Shown one piece after another: positions 1 to 10,366 of a stretch of DNA of 64,000 bases. The stretch is from Escherichia phage p000y: the sequence record MK047718.1; one strand, 5' to 3'. The notes under the pieces were generated by a model, which saw nothing but the letters and a program-made list of their open reading frames with translations, was not told the origin of the DNA and made no database searches. The position numbers and the translations under genes are program-made. The stretch's first letter is position 1, and each line of letters begins with the position of its first letter.

Positions 1-35
1 GATTACAAAAACATTAATCAATTGAGGAAATTAGC

Positions 36-482
36 ATGTCCAAATATTTAACTCGTAAAGACCTTCTGGCAGTTGGTGGTGAAGTTGTTGCCGTAGTTCG
101 TAATGGCGAATACGGTTCTGAAGTTTCTAAAGAGTTTCGTTCTCGTGAAGGTTTTTACTTCTTTGTTAAAGGCTCATCCGATTGGCGACAAGTAGCAGCA
201 CGATTCTTTGTAGGACGTCAACGTTCTAAACAAGGGTTGGATGCAATTCTTTCTCACATTCGTCAAGGCCGTTCGCAACTAGCCCGCACTATGGGCACTA
301 ACAATATTGAATATGATGTAATCTTTGTTGCAGCTAAGAACATGAAACCACTGACCACTGGTTATGGTAAAGGTCAATTGGCTCTGGCATTCACTCGCAA
401 CCATACATCAGAATATCAAACACTCACTGAAATGAACCGTCTTCTGGCAGATAATTTCAAATTCATTCTTCAGAGTTACTAA
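36..482 (+). CDS. ndd: Ndd-like nucleoid disruption protein (148 aa)
   Basis: Size and position (immediately upstream of ac and gene 52) match T4 ndd; sequence resemblance from memory only; RBS GAGGAAA upstream. Confidence 0.55.
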   Translation: MSKYLTRKDLLAVGGEVVAVVRNGEYGSEVSKEFRSREGFYFFVKGSSDWRQVAARFFVGRQRSKQGLDAILSHIRQGRSQLARTMGTNNIEYDVIFVAAKNMKPLTTGYGKGQLALAFTRNHTSEYQTLTEMNRLLADNFKFILQSY

Positions 483-534
483 TTTATACAGGCCTATTAA
501 GTTGGGCCTTTAATTTATTTTTGAGGTAATTAAA

Positions 535-681
535 ATGATAGCATGGATTATTGCATTGCTGTGTTGGACATTTTTATTCGTTAGCACTTTAGTTACAGGC
601 GAAACAACAGTATTTCAACAGGCCATATCACAAGGTACCTTAGCGGTCTTAGCTCTTCTTAACGTGTTAAAAGGCGAGTAA
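535..681 (+). CDS. ac: Small hydrophobic membrane peptide (48 aa), Ac-like
   Basis: Hand-translated MIAWIIALLCWTFLFVSTLVTGE...; one predicted TM helix; position between ndd and 52 as in T4 ac; below ORF-track length cutoff. Confidence 0.4.
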   Translation: MIAWIIALLCWTFLFVSTLVTGETTVFQQAISQGTLAVLALLNVLKGE

Positions 682-821
682 TGATTAAGAAAATCTTAGC
701 AGGAGCCTTCGGGCTCTTGTTGTTGCTTACGGTTCTGTACTACGGTGTGATGTTTGGACTAATCCAAGTAGTGCTTTTCATTTCAGATGTTATAATGGAT
801 ATTCGTTCATTAATATGGTGA
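681..821 (+). CDS. Small hydrophobic membrane peptide (46 aa)
   Basis: Hand-translated MIKKILAGAFGLLLLLTVLYYGVMFGLIQVVLF...; ATG overlaps preceding stop (TAATG); not in ORF track. Confidence 0.3.
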   Translation: MIKKILAGAFGLLLLLTVLYYGVMFGLIQVVLFISDVIMDIRSLIW

Positions 822-825
822 AAAT

Positions 826-2151
826 ATGCAATTGAATTCTCGTAATCTAAAAAGTATTATTGATAACGAAGCCTTAGCATATGCGATGTACACCGTTGAA
901 AACCGTGCAATCCCAAACATGATTGATGGATTTAAGCCGGTTCAACGTTTTGTGGTCCATCGTGCGTTAGATTTGGCTCGTGGTAATAAAGAAAAATTTC
1001 ATAAACTTGCGTCAATTGCAGGCGGTGTTGCAGATTTAGGTTATCACCATGGTGAATCTTCTGCACAAGATGCAGGTGCATTGATGGCTAACACATGGAA
1101 CAACAACTATCCACTGTTAGATGGCCAAGGCAACTTTGGTTCTAGAACAGTCCAAAAAGCTGCAGCATCTCGTTATATTTTTGCTCGTGTAAGTAAAAAT
1201 TTCTATAACGTATATAAAGATACTGAATATGCTCCAGCTCATGAAGATAAAGAACACATTCCACCAAAATTCTATCTTCCTATTATTCCGACAGTTCTTT
1301 TGAATGGCGTCTCTGGTATTGCAACCGGTTACGCAACAAATATTCTGCCTCATAGTTTTAAATCGGTAAAAAAGGCTGTATTACAAGCTCTTCAAGGTAA
1401 AAATGTCACTAAGCCAAAAGTTGAATTCCCGGAATTCCGTGGTGAAGTACATGAAGTTGATGGGCGTTATGAGATTCACGGAACGTATAAGTTCACATCT
1501 CGCACTCAAATGCAGATAACTGAAATCCCATATAAATTCGACCGTGAAACGTATGTGAGTAAGGTTCTTGACCCGTTGGAAGACAAAGGTCTAATCTCAT
1601 GGGAAGATGATTGTGGTGAACACGGCTTTGGGTTTAAGGTGAAGTTCCGTAAAGAGTACTCGCTTCCTGATGATGAAGAGCTACGTCATGAAAAAATCAT
1701 GAAAGATTTTAGTCTCATCGAACGTCGTTCACAAAACATCACAGTGATTAATGAAAAGGGTAAATTAGCTGTCTACGATAACGTAGTGGACTTAATCAAA
1801 GATTTTGTTGAAGTCCGTAAGACTTACGTTCAGAAACGTATTGACAACAAAATCCTTGAATCTGAAAAAGCATTTAAACTGGCTTTTGCTAAGGCACACT
1901 TCATCAAAAAAGTTATCAACGGTGAAATTGTGATTCAGGGCAAGACTCGTAAAGCTTTGACTGAAGAGCTAGCACAAATAGAAATGTATAAAGAACATGT
2001 CGATAAACTGGTAGGTCTTAACATCTTCCATATCACTTCCGATGAAGCACGTAAACTAGCCGAAGAAGCTAAAGCTAAGAAAGAAGAAAATGAGTATTGG
2101 AAGTCTACTGATGTTGTGACAGAGTACACTAAAGACTTGGAGGCACTTTGA
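826..2151 (+). CDS. 52: DNA topoisomerase II medium subunit (GyrA-like), gp52
   Basis: 441 aa; GyrA-type N-terminal region (PNMIDGFKPVQRFVVHRAL ...); size matches T4 gp52. Confidence 0.9.
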   Translation: MQLNSRNLKSIIDNEALAYAMYTVENRAIPNMIDGFKPVQRFVVHRALDLARGNKEKFHKLASIAGGVADLGYHHGESSAQDAGALMANTWNNNYPLLDGQGNFGSRTVQKAAASRYIFARVSKNFYNVYKDTEYAPAHEDKEHIPPKFYLPIIPTVLLNGVSGIATGYATNILPHSFKSVKKAVLQALQGKNVTKPKVEFPEFRGEVHEVDGRYEIHGTYKFTSRTQMQITEIPYKFDRETYVSKVLDPLEDKGLISWEDDCGEHGFGFKVKFRKEYSLPDDEELRHEKIMKDFSLIERRSQNITVINEKGKLAVYDNVVDLIKDFVEVRKTYVQKRIDNKILESEKAFKLAFAKAHFIKKVINGEIVIQGKTRKALTEELAQIEMYKEHVDKLVGLNIFHITSDEARKLAEEAKAKKEENEYWKSTDVVTEYTKDLEAL

Positions 2152-2227
2152 GTGCCCTAGCCTTAGGATTTCTCGGTGCAATAGCTGCACTAGTGATTTG
2201 GCTGTATTGGTTGGACAAACATGATTA

Positions 2228-2247
2228 GGGAGCTTCGGCTCCTTTTT
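2228..2247 (+). terminator. Rho-independent terminator (GGAGC-TTCG-GCTCC + T5)
   Basis: GC stem with TTCG tetraloop followed by TTTTT, downstream of gene 52. Confidence 0.6.
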
Positions 2248-2268
2248 GTGCATTTTTCTCACAAAACA

Positions 2269-2300
2269 GTTTACACGTGCTTCAAACATGATATTATAAA
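2269..2300 (+). promoter_or_regulatory. T4-type early promoter (GTTTAC ... TATTATAA) for motA
   Basis: GTTTACA -35-like box and AT-rich -10 about 35 nt upstream of motA start. Confidence 0.55.
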
Positions 2301-2336
2301 CCTATCAAAACAAAACAACCGAATTGGAGAAATAAA

Positions 2337-2969
2337 ATGTCTAAAGTTACTTACATCATCAAAGCTTCTGAAAACGCTCTGAATGAAAAAACTGCTGCAA
2401 TAATGGTTTATATCATTAAGAACAACTTCACCACTGCTGCCAATGTCCGTGAAGCTCTGGAAGCAGAATACAATGCATCGGTTGTTAACTCTAACATTGG
2501 TGTATTGATTAAGAAAGGTTTGGTCGAAAAATCCGGTGATGGACTTGTAGCAACAGGCGAAGCAATGGATATTATCCAAAAAGCTGCAGACCTATTTGCT
2601 CAAGAAAATGCTCCAGAACTTCTTCAGAAACGTAACACCAGAAAAGCACGTGGAGTTACTCCTGAAATGCATGAATTAGCAAACTTTGTTTTTGAAAATA
2701 TTAAAGATAAAGTTGAAGTTAAAGAAATTGGTGAAAACCGTAGTAACTTAGAAGTTCGATTTGCAAAACGAGTTCTAGGTATTCGTCAGATCGAAATTCG
2801 TCGAGATGGCGCTCTTAGAATCTTTGCATACAACATGTCAGAAACTGAATCAAAGCTGTTTACTTCTCTTGAAAATGATGTTAAGATTAAGATCGGTGGT
2901 AAATATACTTACATTGACTTCCCTAATGTGTCCAAAGAAATCATTACCCTTGTAACTAACGTACTGTGA
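2337..2969 (+). CDS. motA: MotA, middle-transcription activator
   Basis: 210 aa; N-terminus MSKVTYIIKAS and internal NSNIGVLIKKGLVEKSGDGL match remembered T4 MotA. Confidence 0.85.
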   Translation: MSKVTYIIKASENALNEKTAAIMVYIIKNNFTTAANVREALEAEYNASVVNSNIGVLIKKGLVEKSGDGLVATGEAMDIIQKAADLFAQENAPELLQKRNTRKARGVTPEMHELANFVFENIKDKVEVKEIGENRSNLEVRFAKRVLGIRQIEIRRDGALRIFAYNMSETESKLFTSLENDVKIKIGGKYTYIDFPNVSKEIITLVTNVL

Positions 2970-2979
2970 GGAATACATA

Positions 2980-3309
2980 ATGAATAAGCTGAATATTATT
3001 AACGAACTTCGTAAATGTGCAGAACCTACTCAGGAAGGATGGGATATTTGGTACCACGGGGCTTATTTAGGGACAATTGTAAAGATTAAAGCAGGCCAAT
3101 ATACGGTTATTCGTGAAAATAATGACGCGCCATTTGGCCTTCGTAAAAACTACATGGCAGCGATCAGTTCATTTGTTGATGCAGCTTACGAAATCTATAA
3201 AGAAGATTATAAAGAATATCAGCAGTCACAACCGGTTATTCGTTCAATTGGTGTTAACAAAGCTCAGCAGAAAACTTTGTGGCAACGTATTAAAGGATGG
3301 TTTAAATGA
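2980..3309 (+). CDS. Hypothetical protein (109 aa)
   Basis: ORF with RBS GAGGAA; lies in the motA-asiA hyperplastic region. Confidence 0.55.
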   Translation: MNKLNIINELRKCAEPTQEGWDIWYHGAYLGTIVKIKAGQYTVIRENNDAPFGLRKNYMAAISSFVDAAYEIYKEDYKEYQQSQPVIRSIGVNKAQQKTLWQRIKGWFK

Positions 3310-3767
3310 AAACTTTTAAAGAACGTTTAGCTCTGTTAGATAAAGCTTTGACGCGTGAGACTCCGGAAAGTCTGGCTGCTAAATTAGCTTCTTACGGTGG
3401 TGAATATACAGAACAAAATGTTTTAGATGAAGTTCCTGAAATCTGTTGGCAGACTCTGTATTGGGATGAAAACCAAAAGTATCAACGACGAATTGTCTGC
3501 GCAGCCAACCGTTTTAAATTAAAAGATGGACGAACTCTTATTATTCCAGGTGCTCGTCATTATTCTAAAGATATGGCAGAAGTTTTAGATGTAGTTAAAC
3601 CTCAATTAGTTACTCAACAAGTTTGTGATGATGACCAAGGGTTTATTGACCAGTATAGTAATTATTGGACACGTGAAGAAGCAATGATTATTGCAACTTA
3701 CGCTGGACAAGTACGTATTGAACGTGGTGGTAATGAAAAAGAACTTTACTCTGAGGACCTTTACTAA
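3306..3767 (+). CDS. Hypothetical protein (153 aa)
   Basis: ORF overlapping previous stop (ATGA); tight operon packing. Confidence 0.55.
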   Translation: MKTFKERLALLDKALTRETPESLAAKLASYGGEYTEQNVLDEVPEICWQTLYWDENQKYQRRIVCAANRFKLKDGRTLIIPGARHYSKDMAEVLDVVKPQLVTQQVCDDDQGFIDQYSNYWTREEAMIIATYAGQVRIERGGNEKELYSEDLY

Positions 3768-4048
3768 TGAATCTTAAACAACTCCAGATTGATGCTATTG
3801 AAGCCCACATTAATCATATCAAACGCCTGAATGCTATGATGGAAGAAAATTATGGTATGTATGCTAATCAGCCTGGTTGGGATGCTTTAGACCATCCTTA
3901 TTTGGTTAATTTATGTAAAGGTGATACGTTAGCAATTATTCGTGATGGGTTAAAACCTTTCTTGCGCGACATGTATATTAAAATGAACGAAGAAATTATT
4001 AGCTCGTTGCAATATCAATTAAGGAAATTAGATGATGAGAATAATTGA
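3767..4048 (+). CDS. Hypothetical protein (93 aa)
   Basis: ORF with TAATG start overlap. Confidence 0.5.
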   Translation: MNLKQLQIDAIEAHINHIKRLNAMMEENYGMYANQPGWDALDHPYLVNLCKGDTLAIIRDGLKPFLRDMYIKMNEEIISSLQYQLRKLDDENN

Positions 4049-4250
4049 TTCTAAAGCAGATTATTTTAATTCTGTTAATGATAAGAATAAAGCTTTAATT
4101 CGCCACTTTATTACTGAGATGGGTTATACTGACTCTAAAGATTTGAAAGAGCACATTATCGAATGTTCTGTGGCTAAAAAGTTTTCTTTCACAGACAAAT
4201 GTTTAAATGAGGTTATAAATCATTATGAACAATCTTGTAGCAAAACATGA
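4032..4250 (+). CDS. Hypothetical protein (72 aa)
   Basis: ORF with RBS AGGAAA. Confidence 0.45.
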   Translation: MMRIIDSKADYFNSVNDKNKALIRHFITEMGYTDSKDLKEHIIECSVAKKFSFTDKCLNEVINHYEQSCSKT

Positions 4251-4333
4251 TTTCAATAAGGCTTCTGTCCATAAGGACAAAAAGAAATCAGAACTTCAAT
4301 CTAAACGTAAACAAAAACATAAGGGTAAAGACT

Positions 4334-4633
4334 ATGCTTACTAAAATCAAAGAAAATCCTGCCACTGAACTTGTTATTCGATGTGAAGAACTTGCAGAGC
4401 TTTATCAGGTTAACCGAGAAGTGTGTCGTAGTGTTATCGTAGATATGGAAGATGAAGTCTGTTCTCGTATTCCTTTTAGTGTCGATTTCAATCACATGAA
4501 GCCCGGTGAAATCACTATCGTCTTTGGTTCTGACTATACTGAAGAACGGGCTCTTAACGTCCTAGAATATGAAATGTCGTTTTTCGACATACAGGACTAT
4601 ATTGATAGTTATAAGGAACGATATGAGTCATAA
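4334..4633 (+). CDS. Small acidic protein (99 aa), possible Arn-like anti-restriction protein
   Basis: Start trimmed to internal ATG with RBS AAGGGTAAAG; strongly acidic; position near asiA where T4 encodes arn; identity not verified. Confidence 0.45.
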   Translation: MLTKIKENPATELVIRCEELAELYQVNREVCRSVIVDMEDEVCSRIPFSVDFNHMKPGEITIVFGSDYTEERALNVLEYEMSFFDIQDYIDSYKERYES

Positions 4634-4784
4634 TCTTCAGAACGTAGTAGAGGCCGAACGTGAGCGCGAGGCTTTAGTCTATAATGAACTATTAGTTCAA
4701 TTCTTGGTCTTACACTCGTATGAACAGGAAGACTATACCAATTACGTTAAAAGCGTAGAAAAAGCCGTTTACAATCAACACTGA
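4623..4784 (+). CDS. Hypothetical small protein (53 aa)
   Basis: ATG overlaps upstream stop; ORF-track N-terminal extension trimmed. Confidence 0.35.
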   Translation: MSHNLQNVVEAEREREALVYNELLVQFLVLHSYEQEDYTNYVKSVEKAVYNQH

Positions 4785-4830
4785 TAATGGTACTATATCC
4801 ATATCAACTAAGTGGAATGAATAAAACGTT

Positions 4831-5103
4831 ATGAATAAAGACATTGAAATCGTACGTGAAATTATTACTATTGCTTCTATTTTGATTAAATTCTCTAGGG
4901 AAGATATTGTTGAAGACCGAGCAAGTTTCATCGGATTCTTGAATGAGATTGGAATTAAAAAAGATGGTCGGCAGCTAAATCAGAATTCTTTTAGAAAACT
5001 AATTACAAATTTAACTGCCGAAGAAAAGAAAACACTGATTAGTGAATTCAATGAAGGTTTTGAAAATATTTATCGTCATTTAGCGATGTATTCTAACAAC
5101 TAA
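4831..5103 (+). CDS. asiA: AsiA anti-sigma-70 factor
   Basis: 90 aa; MNKDIEIVREIITIASILIKFSREDIVE... closely matches remembered T4 AsiA. Confidence 0.9.
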   Translation: MNKDIEIVREIITIASILIKFSREDIVEDRASFIGFLNEIGIKKDGRQLNQNSFRKLITNLTAEEKKTLISEFNEGFENIYRHLAMYSNN

Positions 5104-5766
5104 TTATTTAGCCCTTCCTAGTATTCGGATCGCTTGGTTACATATAGCCGCTAAGCGATCTTCCTCAAGTATATTATTATTCCCCTTATACCAATACATC
5201 GTCACAGTTCCAGCATAGATGTTATCCAAATTAAAGTATGGACAACTATACATATAAGAAAGTTCGGCAGTTTTAGATTTTGTAGGCAAAAATGCAAATT
5301 CTGATTTAGACGAGAAATGACGGCCACTTAAATGAATTATATATTCATTGGCCGTTTTATCCACCGGGAATCCGCCAAGGGACTTTTCAGAAATTGTGCT
5401 AGGTAGTTTGCCTTCATAAGCTATAAGGTCGACAAAATAATTTAAGTTTTTAGGTCTGAAAGAATACACAGCACTAAAATCTGCACCAGATGAGATATGA
5501 ACTATTTGCAGTTGTTCTAGAGCCGCAGATTCAAAACGTAAAGCTCGTTCTTTTTGGATTATTTCAGTATAAGTATCATACTTAGCTCTTACATAATAAT
5601 CCAGCAAAATACTTCCTTTGTACCATATTAGTGCCATTAGGAACAAAAGAATAATTACCGCTACTCGGGACATTAAAACCTTTCCAGTAGCGTTATCTTT
5701 GAAAATACGATCTAGCAACCCAAATAGAATATCACTAGGCGAAAATGACACTTTTGGTGTTGCCAT
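5104..5766 (-). CDS. t: Holin t
   Basis: 220 aa; N-terminal TM segment and large periplasmic domain; matches remembered T4 holin. Confidence 0.9.
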   Translation of the reverse strand: MATPKVSFSPSDILFGLLDRIFKDNATGKVLMSRVAVIILLFLMALIWYKGSILLDYYVRAKYDTYTEIIQKERALRFESAALEQLQIVHISSGADFSAVYSFRPKNLNYFVDLIAYEGKLPSTISEKSLGGFPVDKTANEYIIHLSGRHFSSKSEFAFLPTKSKTAELSYMYSCPYFNLDNIYAGTVTMYWYKGNNNILEEDRLAAICNQAIRILGRAK

Positions 5767-5775
5767 AATACCTCC

Positions 5776-6327
5776 TTACTTAAAGATATTTATAATCGCT
5801 TTGATAATAGATTTGTTTTCAAGGTCAGGGAATTTAGGGAATTCGCCGCCAAGATGTTCATGTTTTTCTAAAAGGGCAAAGAATTTTTTGAGCTCTTTAA
5901 ATTTTCGTTTTTCTTCTCTATTAGCAACCTCTGCGTCAATAAGAGAACTTAAAACACTGAATAATTTATAGAGTTCATGAATTTTCTTATCACGTTGAAC
6001 TACGCGTTTATATGCTTCATCTTCCTTCCACCCGTCGTCGGTCCAAATGTCAAATTCACCAGGTTCTTCCGTAGTAACATTTTGAAGAGCACCCGGAGTG
6101 TCAATAACAATTTTTTGCTTATCATAAGTCCATACTGTTTTTCCACGATGGTCTTCAACATATACCCATTCTTGTTCGTGTTCATCAAATAAAACAGCAT
6201 AGCCTTCTTTAGGGTCTAAAGGTTTTTTTGGTGTTGAATGAGCCGGAAATCCTACACCTTTTAATGGTTTATAATTTTCTTCTTTGTAAAATTCTTTAGT
6301 GTCAAAATAATAATGATAGAGTTTCAT
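5776..6327 (-). CDS. 38: gp38, T4-type tail fibre assembly chaperone
   Basis: 183 aa; MKLYHYYFDTKEFYKEENYKP... matches T4-type (short) gp38. Confidence 0.85.
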   Translation of the reverse strand: MKLYHYYFDTKEFYKEENYKPLKGVGFPAHSTPKKPLDPKEGYAVLFDEHEQEWVYVEDHRGKTVWTYDKQKIVIDTPGALQNVTTEEPGEFDIWTDDGWKEDEAYKRVVQRDKKIHELYKLFSVLSSLIDAEVANREEKRKFKELKKFFALLEKHEHLGGEFPKFPDLENKSIIKAIINIFK

Positions 6328-6360
6328 ATTATAAAAAGGGACCGAAGTCCCTTCTCCTTA
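6328..6360 (-). promoter_or_regulatory. Split ribosome-binding site of gene 38: SD AAGGAG separated from AUG by hairpin GGGACTTCGGTCCC
   Basis: On minus strand: AAGGAG-AA-[GGGACTTCGGTCCC]-TTTTTATAAT-ATG; the SD overlaps the gene 37 stop codon. Confidence 0.5.
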
Positions 6361-9300
6361 TGCTAAACGAACGATATAGTTAAAAGCAACGTTTTTAACT
6401 GTGTTTTCTGTATTTCCTGTGGCATTTACAGTTATTGTATGTCCATGGGAACCAATCGCTACCGAATGAGAGTGGGCACCAATACCTACAGTATGTGTAT
6501 GGGCACCAATACCTACAGTATGCGCGTGGTTACCTGTGGTACTTGTGGTTCCTGACCAAGAGTGTGTATGGTTACCTTCTGAAGAAGTTTTGGCCATATT
6601 CGACGATGCGGTAGCACCACTCACGGTTGCAGTGAATTTAGCGTTACCGTTTGGACCCGCACTATTGTATCCATCATAGAATACGCTAGTGGGTATGCCG
6701 CCTTGTACCTGAGGACCTGAGCGCGCATGTTGGTGGTTACCTGCAGCACTTGTAGTTCCACTCACCGTATGGTTATGGTTACCTGTGGTATTACTGGTCT
6801 TAGTACCATAATCAAAGCTTGAAGTCGTTTTGCTACCGTAATCAAAACTAGAAGTGGTCTTAGTACCCAAATCTGTGCTTGATGCACTTGCACTATGGCT
6901 ATGTGACTTAACACCGTCTGCTTCTGTACTCAATACAGCACGCCCAGATGGTTTACCCTTGATAGTTTGACCACGCATATCAGGCAGAGTGCCGGAAGGA
7001 TACACCGCAGCTAACTTAGGATACAAGTCAGCATCAAATGTTTGACCTTCCATTATGGCATAACCTTCAGGAGGTGTATCAGTAGGCCAAGGAATCGGAG
7101 CACCGATTGGGTAACTCGAGACAATATCCGTCTTAAGGTTATTTATTGTTGTATTCAAGTTAGCAAAATTACCAGAACCACCAGTGATATTACCATCAGT
7201 ACCAATACGAACATTACCAGCGCCTAATTTACCAGGAGAATAAAAATCACCGTTTTTATTAAATTCCCATCCAAGATCCTTTATAACAGCACCAGTAGAA
7301 ACGCCGTCACCACCTTCGTGATAATGAACTCTAAAGTTACCACCATTAATTAAAGTACCAATAGAATAGCAACTATTATTTTGAACGTATCTTTGTTTCA
7401 CAATAGGAACATAAGTGCTTGTATCTGTTCTATCAATATTCATATAGAACGGAGCACGAACGTTTTCATTATTTTGTGAAGCAAAAGAACCGGCTCCAGC
7501 AGGTCGTGCAGTATCAGTACATTCAGCGTCGATATATGCCGATTGTCCTAATTGCATACGGTAATTAGGAGAAATACGACTATTACTAGTGATAACAACA
7601 AGTTTATTATCATTATCGACCGTTACCATATTACCGCCAGCACCATCATCGCCTAATGTAACGGAATGGCGCATTTGTACCATACCGTTGTTAAGAGAAA
7701 CACTCAATGGGCGAAGGTTAGAAATACCACCACTTTCACCTGCATCTTTAAGTGTAGGTATAATATGCAAAGACGCTTCAGAACGACGGAAAATAGCTCC
7801 ATATTCAGCATTGTAAATACGGAAAGCATCTGCGGTATTACCGATTTTAACTTGACCGGTAATAGAACCACCGCCGGATAAAACAAGCCCGTTATCCATA
7901 GTAACTTGTCCGGATAATGTACTTAATCCATTAACTCTAAGACTTCCATCGGTGATAATGCTCCCTCTTGCATTCAGTTGTCCATTAATTTGTGTTACAA
8001 CAGGTCCCACAGTTTCTGAACCGGTTGGAGCTACGCGCTGAGAATAAAAATAATATCCCTGCCCGTCAGCTACTTCAAAAACTGTTTCACGAGTACGATC
8101 GCCGGATGCGTTAAATGAATTACCCCATGCTTTAACAGTTACGTAGCTTTTATTCTGCCCAGCACGAGTACCACCTTCCCACAAAATTTGCTTAGTGCCA
8201 TCAACTGTAGTAGTTGGAGCGAATGTTAGCCCAGCAGTAGAATTATTAGCTGCTAAATATACACCATTATATATTGAAAGCTGCTTAGTGGATGTAATAC
8301 CGCCATCAGCATAAAACATCACATTATTTGCACCGGTTACCAATTTCAAAATACCCGGGTTAATTTCCATACCTTGTTGGGTATTGATATTCATCTGACC
8401 TGTACCACGGAAATAATGGGAAAATTTACCGCCAGAATTATATCCGATGTGGGTTTGACCATCACCTGCATTGTTTGTATCAGCCTGGGTTTGAACCGAT
8501 AAAAGCGCGGCGTTGGTTCCAGGCATTGTCCAGGTTCCGCCTTGGTCTTCTGAGCGTCCAAATAATGCTTTACGAGTACTACGGAAACTATCAGGAGTAA
8601 TAGAAGCAACAGAATTCCAATTACCTACTAAATCATAAACGCCTTGCTTAATATATTTTAAACCAGTTGCAGCATCGCCCAAAGCAATATATCTTTCTCC
8701 CATTGGAGTAGGAGAGCCGTAGTTGTTAGTATTTTCGTCAGCAGTAATTGTGCCAATAGCAAGTGAACGACGTAATACCATTGCTCCATCATTACGAAGA
8801 CCCATTAATTTAGTAGTAAGTGTATTTCCGGTCCACCAAGAAATTTCATCATTCTTACCAGTTTGAGCTGAAGCGATTTCATGGTAAATGGTTCCACCTG
8901 ATTTAGCTCGAACTTTACGAAGATAGTTTATACCATTTTCTTCACCTGTTCCAGGATAAACATATTGAACTAATGACTGCGAATCGTATTGTCCAAATGC
9001 TTTTGTGTCTAAAACAATGGTTTTCGTATTAACTTGTGGAGCAGAAACTATACCATTAGCGGAGTTAATATTGCCTGACGCAGAAATATTACCTTTGCTG
9101 ACAAATAAATCACCAGTGTCAACTTGGAAATTACCATTACGATTAAAAGTCCAATATTTCGAATCCCCAGTTTCATCAATATAATGGAACTTAAAACTGC
9201 CTTCAGCAACCAATGTACCCGCTGAAAACGTACCATCTTTATAACGTTGCTTAATGAGTGGATGATATTCTGAAATAGAAGTAGTTGAACTTAAATCTGT

Positions 9301-9633
9301 AAAGATAGGAGCTTTATTTAGGTGTTGATTTGCCCACGCGCCATTACCAGCTGTTTTAGGTAAAAATTCAATATATTTTCCTGCATAAACAAACTGATTT
9401 CCATTGAGATTATATGTGCCGTTTTGTAAATAATCACCATTTTGAGTTACATTACCGTTAATATCCCCGCCCTTAGCAAAACCTAGGCTAATAATATTAC
9501 CGAGGTCATCTTTAGTAAAAAGAGTTCGATCTTTTAAGTTTATCGCTAATTCGCCTTCGGCTAATTGTGCTGCAGTAGGATTAACTCCTGCCACTTTGCT
9601 TCTTTTAAATTGTATCTGTTTTAATGTAGCCAT
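6358..9633 (-). CDS. 37: gp37, long tail fibre distal subunit (receptor-binding tip with His boxes)
   Basis: 1091 aa; C-terminal HxH repeats ([38 protein letters not shown]...) typical of T4 gp37 tip. Confidence 0.9.
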   Translation of the reverse strand: MATLKQIQFKRSKVAGVNPTAAQLAEGELAINLKDRTLFTKDDLGNIISLGFAKGGDINGNVTQNGDYLQNGTYNLNGNQFVYAGKYIEFLPKTAGNGAWANQHLNKAPIFTDLSSTTSISEYHPLIKQRYKDGTFSAGTLVAEGSFKFHYIDETGDSKYWTFNRNGNFQVDTGDLFVSKGNISASGNINSANGIVSAPQVNTKTIVLDTKAFGQYDSQSLVQYVYPGTGEENGINYLRKVRAKSGGTIYHEIASAQTGKNDEISWWTGNTLTTKLMGLRNDGAMVLRRSLAIGTITADENTNNYGSPTPMGERYIALGDAATGLKYIKQGVYDLVGNWNSVASITPDSFRSTRKALFGRSEDQGGTWTMPGTNAALLSVQTQADTNNAGDGQTHIGYNSGGKFSHYFRGTGQMNINTQQGMEINPGILKLVTGANNVMFYADGGITSTKQLSIYNGVYLAANNSTAGLTFAPTTTVDGTKQILWEGGTRAGQNKSYVTVKAWGNSFNASGDRTRETVFEVADGQGYYFYSQRVAPTGSETVGPVVTQINGQLNARGSIITDGSLRVNGLSTLSGQVTMDNGLVLSGGGSITGQVKIGNTADAFRIYNAEYGAIFRRSEASLHIIPTLKDAGESGGISNLRPLSVSLNNGMVQMRHSVTLGDDGAGGNMVTVDNDNKLVVITSNSRISPNYRMQLGQSAYIDAECTDTARPAGAGSFASQNNENVRAPFYMNIDRTDTSTYVPIVKQRYVQNNSCYSIGTLINGGNFRVHYHEGGDGVSTGAVIKDLGWEFNKNGDFYSPGKLGAGNVRIGTDGNITGGSGNFANLNTTINNLKTDIVSSYPIGAPIPWPTDTPPEGYAIMEGQTFDADLYPKLAAVYPSGTLPDMRGQTIKGKPSGRAVLSTEADGVKSHSHSASASSTDLGTKTTSSFDYGSKTTSSFDYGTKTSNTTGNHNHTVSGTTSAAGNHQHARSGPQVQGGIPTSVFYDGYNSAGPNGNAKFTATVSGATASSNMAKTSSEGNHTHSWSGTTSTTGNHAHTVGIGAHTHTVGIGAHSHSVAIGSHGHTITVNATGNTENTVKNVAFNYIVRLA
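6438..6527. repeat. Tandem 27-nt repeats (three copies, first degenerate) encoding HxHxVxIGx units in the gp37 tip
   Basis: GGGCACCAATACCTACAGTATGTGTAT followed by GGGCACCAATACCTACAGTATGCGCGT, preceded by a diverged copy. Confidence 0.7.
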
Positions 9634-9641
9634 AAGTCCTC

Positions 9642-10304
9642 TTAATAATAGCCGAAATCTTGAACAGAATCTTTAATTACAATCTGGTCGAAACGAGGAA
9701 CATGATTAGCCTCGGAGGCCGGATTCTGTGAGAAAAAGTTTGGTGCTGTTAAAGTACCAGTCATGGTATCGCCTTTACGCAATACACGGGAATTTGCGTT
9801 ATCCGTAACAATATTTATTCGTCCATCAACATAATCTTTACGAGTAAGGTCATTTGCTGCTATAGGAGCAGTAGCGTTAGAACGGACAGGACCAATTGCA
9901 TAAAAACCGCCCTTAGTGCTGATATCACCGGTACGAGCGTTAATTACAACAGTTCGGTCCGCTGAACCTTGTGATGACTTAAAACCAATACCATTCCACG
10001 AAACGATGTCAATATTTGCCATATCAAAAGTAGCTGCATCACCGTTACCTGGATAAACACCACACTGTTGACTACTACCTACAGTAGGAACATGTACTCC
10101 TCCATTAAATCGAACAGTTGCAGCGTAAGTACCACCATTAGCTTTAGAAACGAAATCGTTATCAGCCGCTTGTGGTTTATTATATTCTGAATAAAGTTTA
10201 AACGTTTTATACAGGACGTCATCACCTGCTGGCATTAAAGGGAAATTACCTTGATGCCATATGACAGCACCGCCAGTTGTACTACCAGCTTTTAAATCGG
10301 CCAT
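9642..10304 (-). CDS. 36: gp36, long tail fibre distal connector
   Basis: 220 aa; position between 35 and 37; size matches T4 gp36. Confidence 0.8.
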   Translation of the reverse strand: MADLKAGSTTGGAVIWHQGNFPLMPAGDDVLYKTFKLYSEYNKPQAADNDFVSKANGGTYAATVRFNGGVHVPTVGSSQQCGVYPGNGDAATFDMANIDIVSWNGIGFKSSQGSADRTVVINARTGDISTKGGFYAIGPVRSNATAPIAANDLTRKDYVDGRINIVTDNANSRVLRKGDTMTGTLTAPNFFSQNPASEANHVPRFDQIVIKDSVQDFGYY

Positions 10305-10328
10305 AGTTGTCTCCTTATATGTATACCA

Positions 10329-10336
10329 TATTTATA
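10329..10336 (-). promoter_or_regulatory. Late promoter TATAAATA for gene 36
   Basis: Plus strand TATTTATA (reverse complement of TATAAATA) about 25 nt upstream of gene 36 start. Confidence 0.6.
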
Positions 10337-10337
10337 C

Positions 10338-10361
10338 AAAAATGGGAGACCGAAGTCTCCC
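10338..10361 (-). terminator. Terminator hairpin GGGAGACTTCGGTCTCCC + T-run after gene 35
   Basis: Perfect 7-bp GC stem with TTCG loop followed by T-run on minus strand. Confidence 0.6.
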
Positions 10362-10366
10362 TAAAT

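Noticed and set aside
1117-1353. 78-aa ORF antisense within gene 52
   Set aside because: Entirely embedded in the opposite strand of a well-supported topoisomerase gene; low-complexity Cys/Phe/Ile-rich translation; no RBS.
5618-5971. 117-aa ORF spanning the t/38 junction on the plus strand
   Set aside because: Antisense to holin and gp38; no start context.
7042-7886. Several 60-75 aa ORFs on both strands inside gp37
   Set aside because: Embedded in the tail fibre coding region; compositionally biased; typical out-of-frame artefacts of a long gene.
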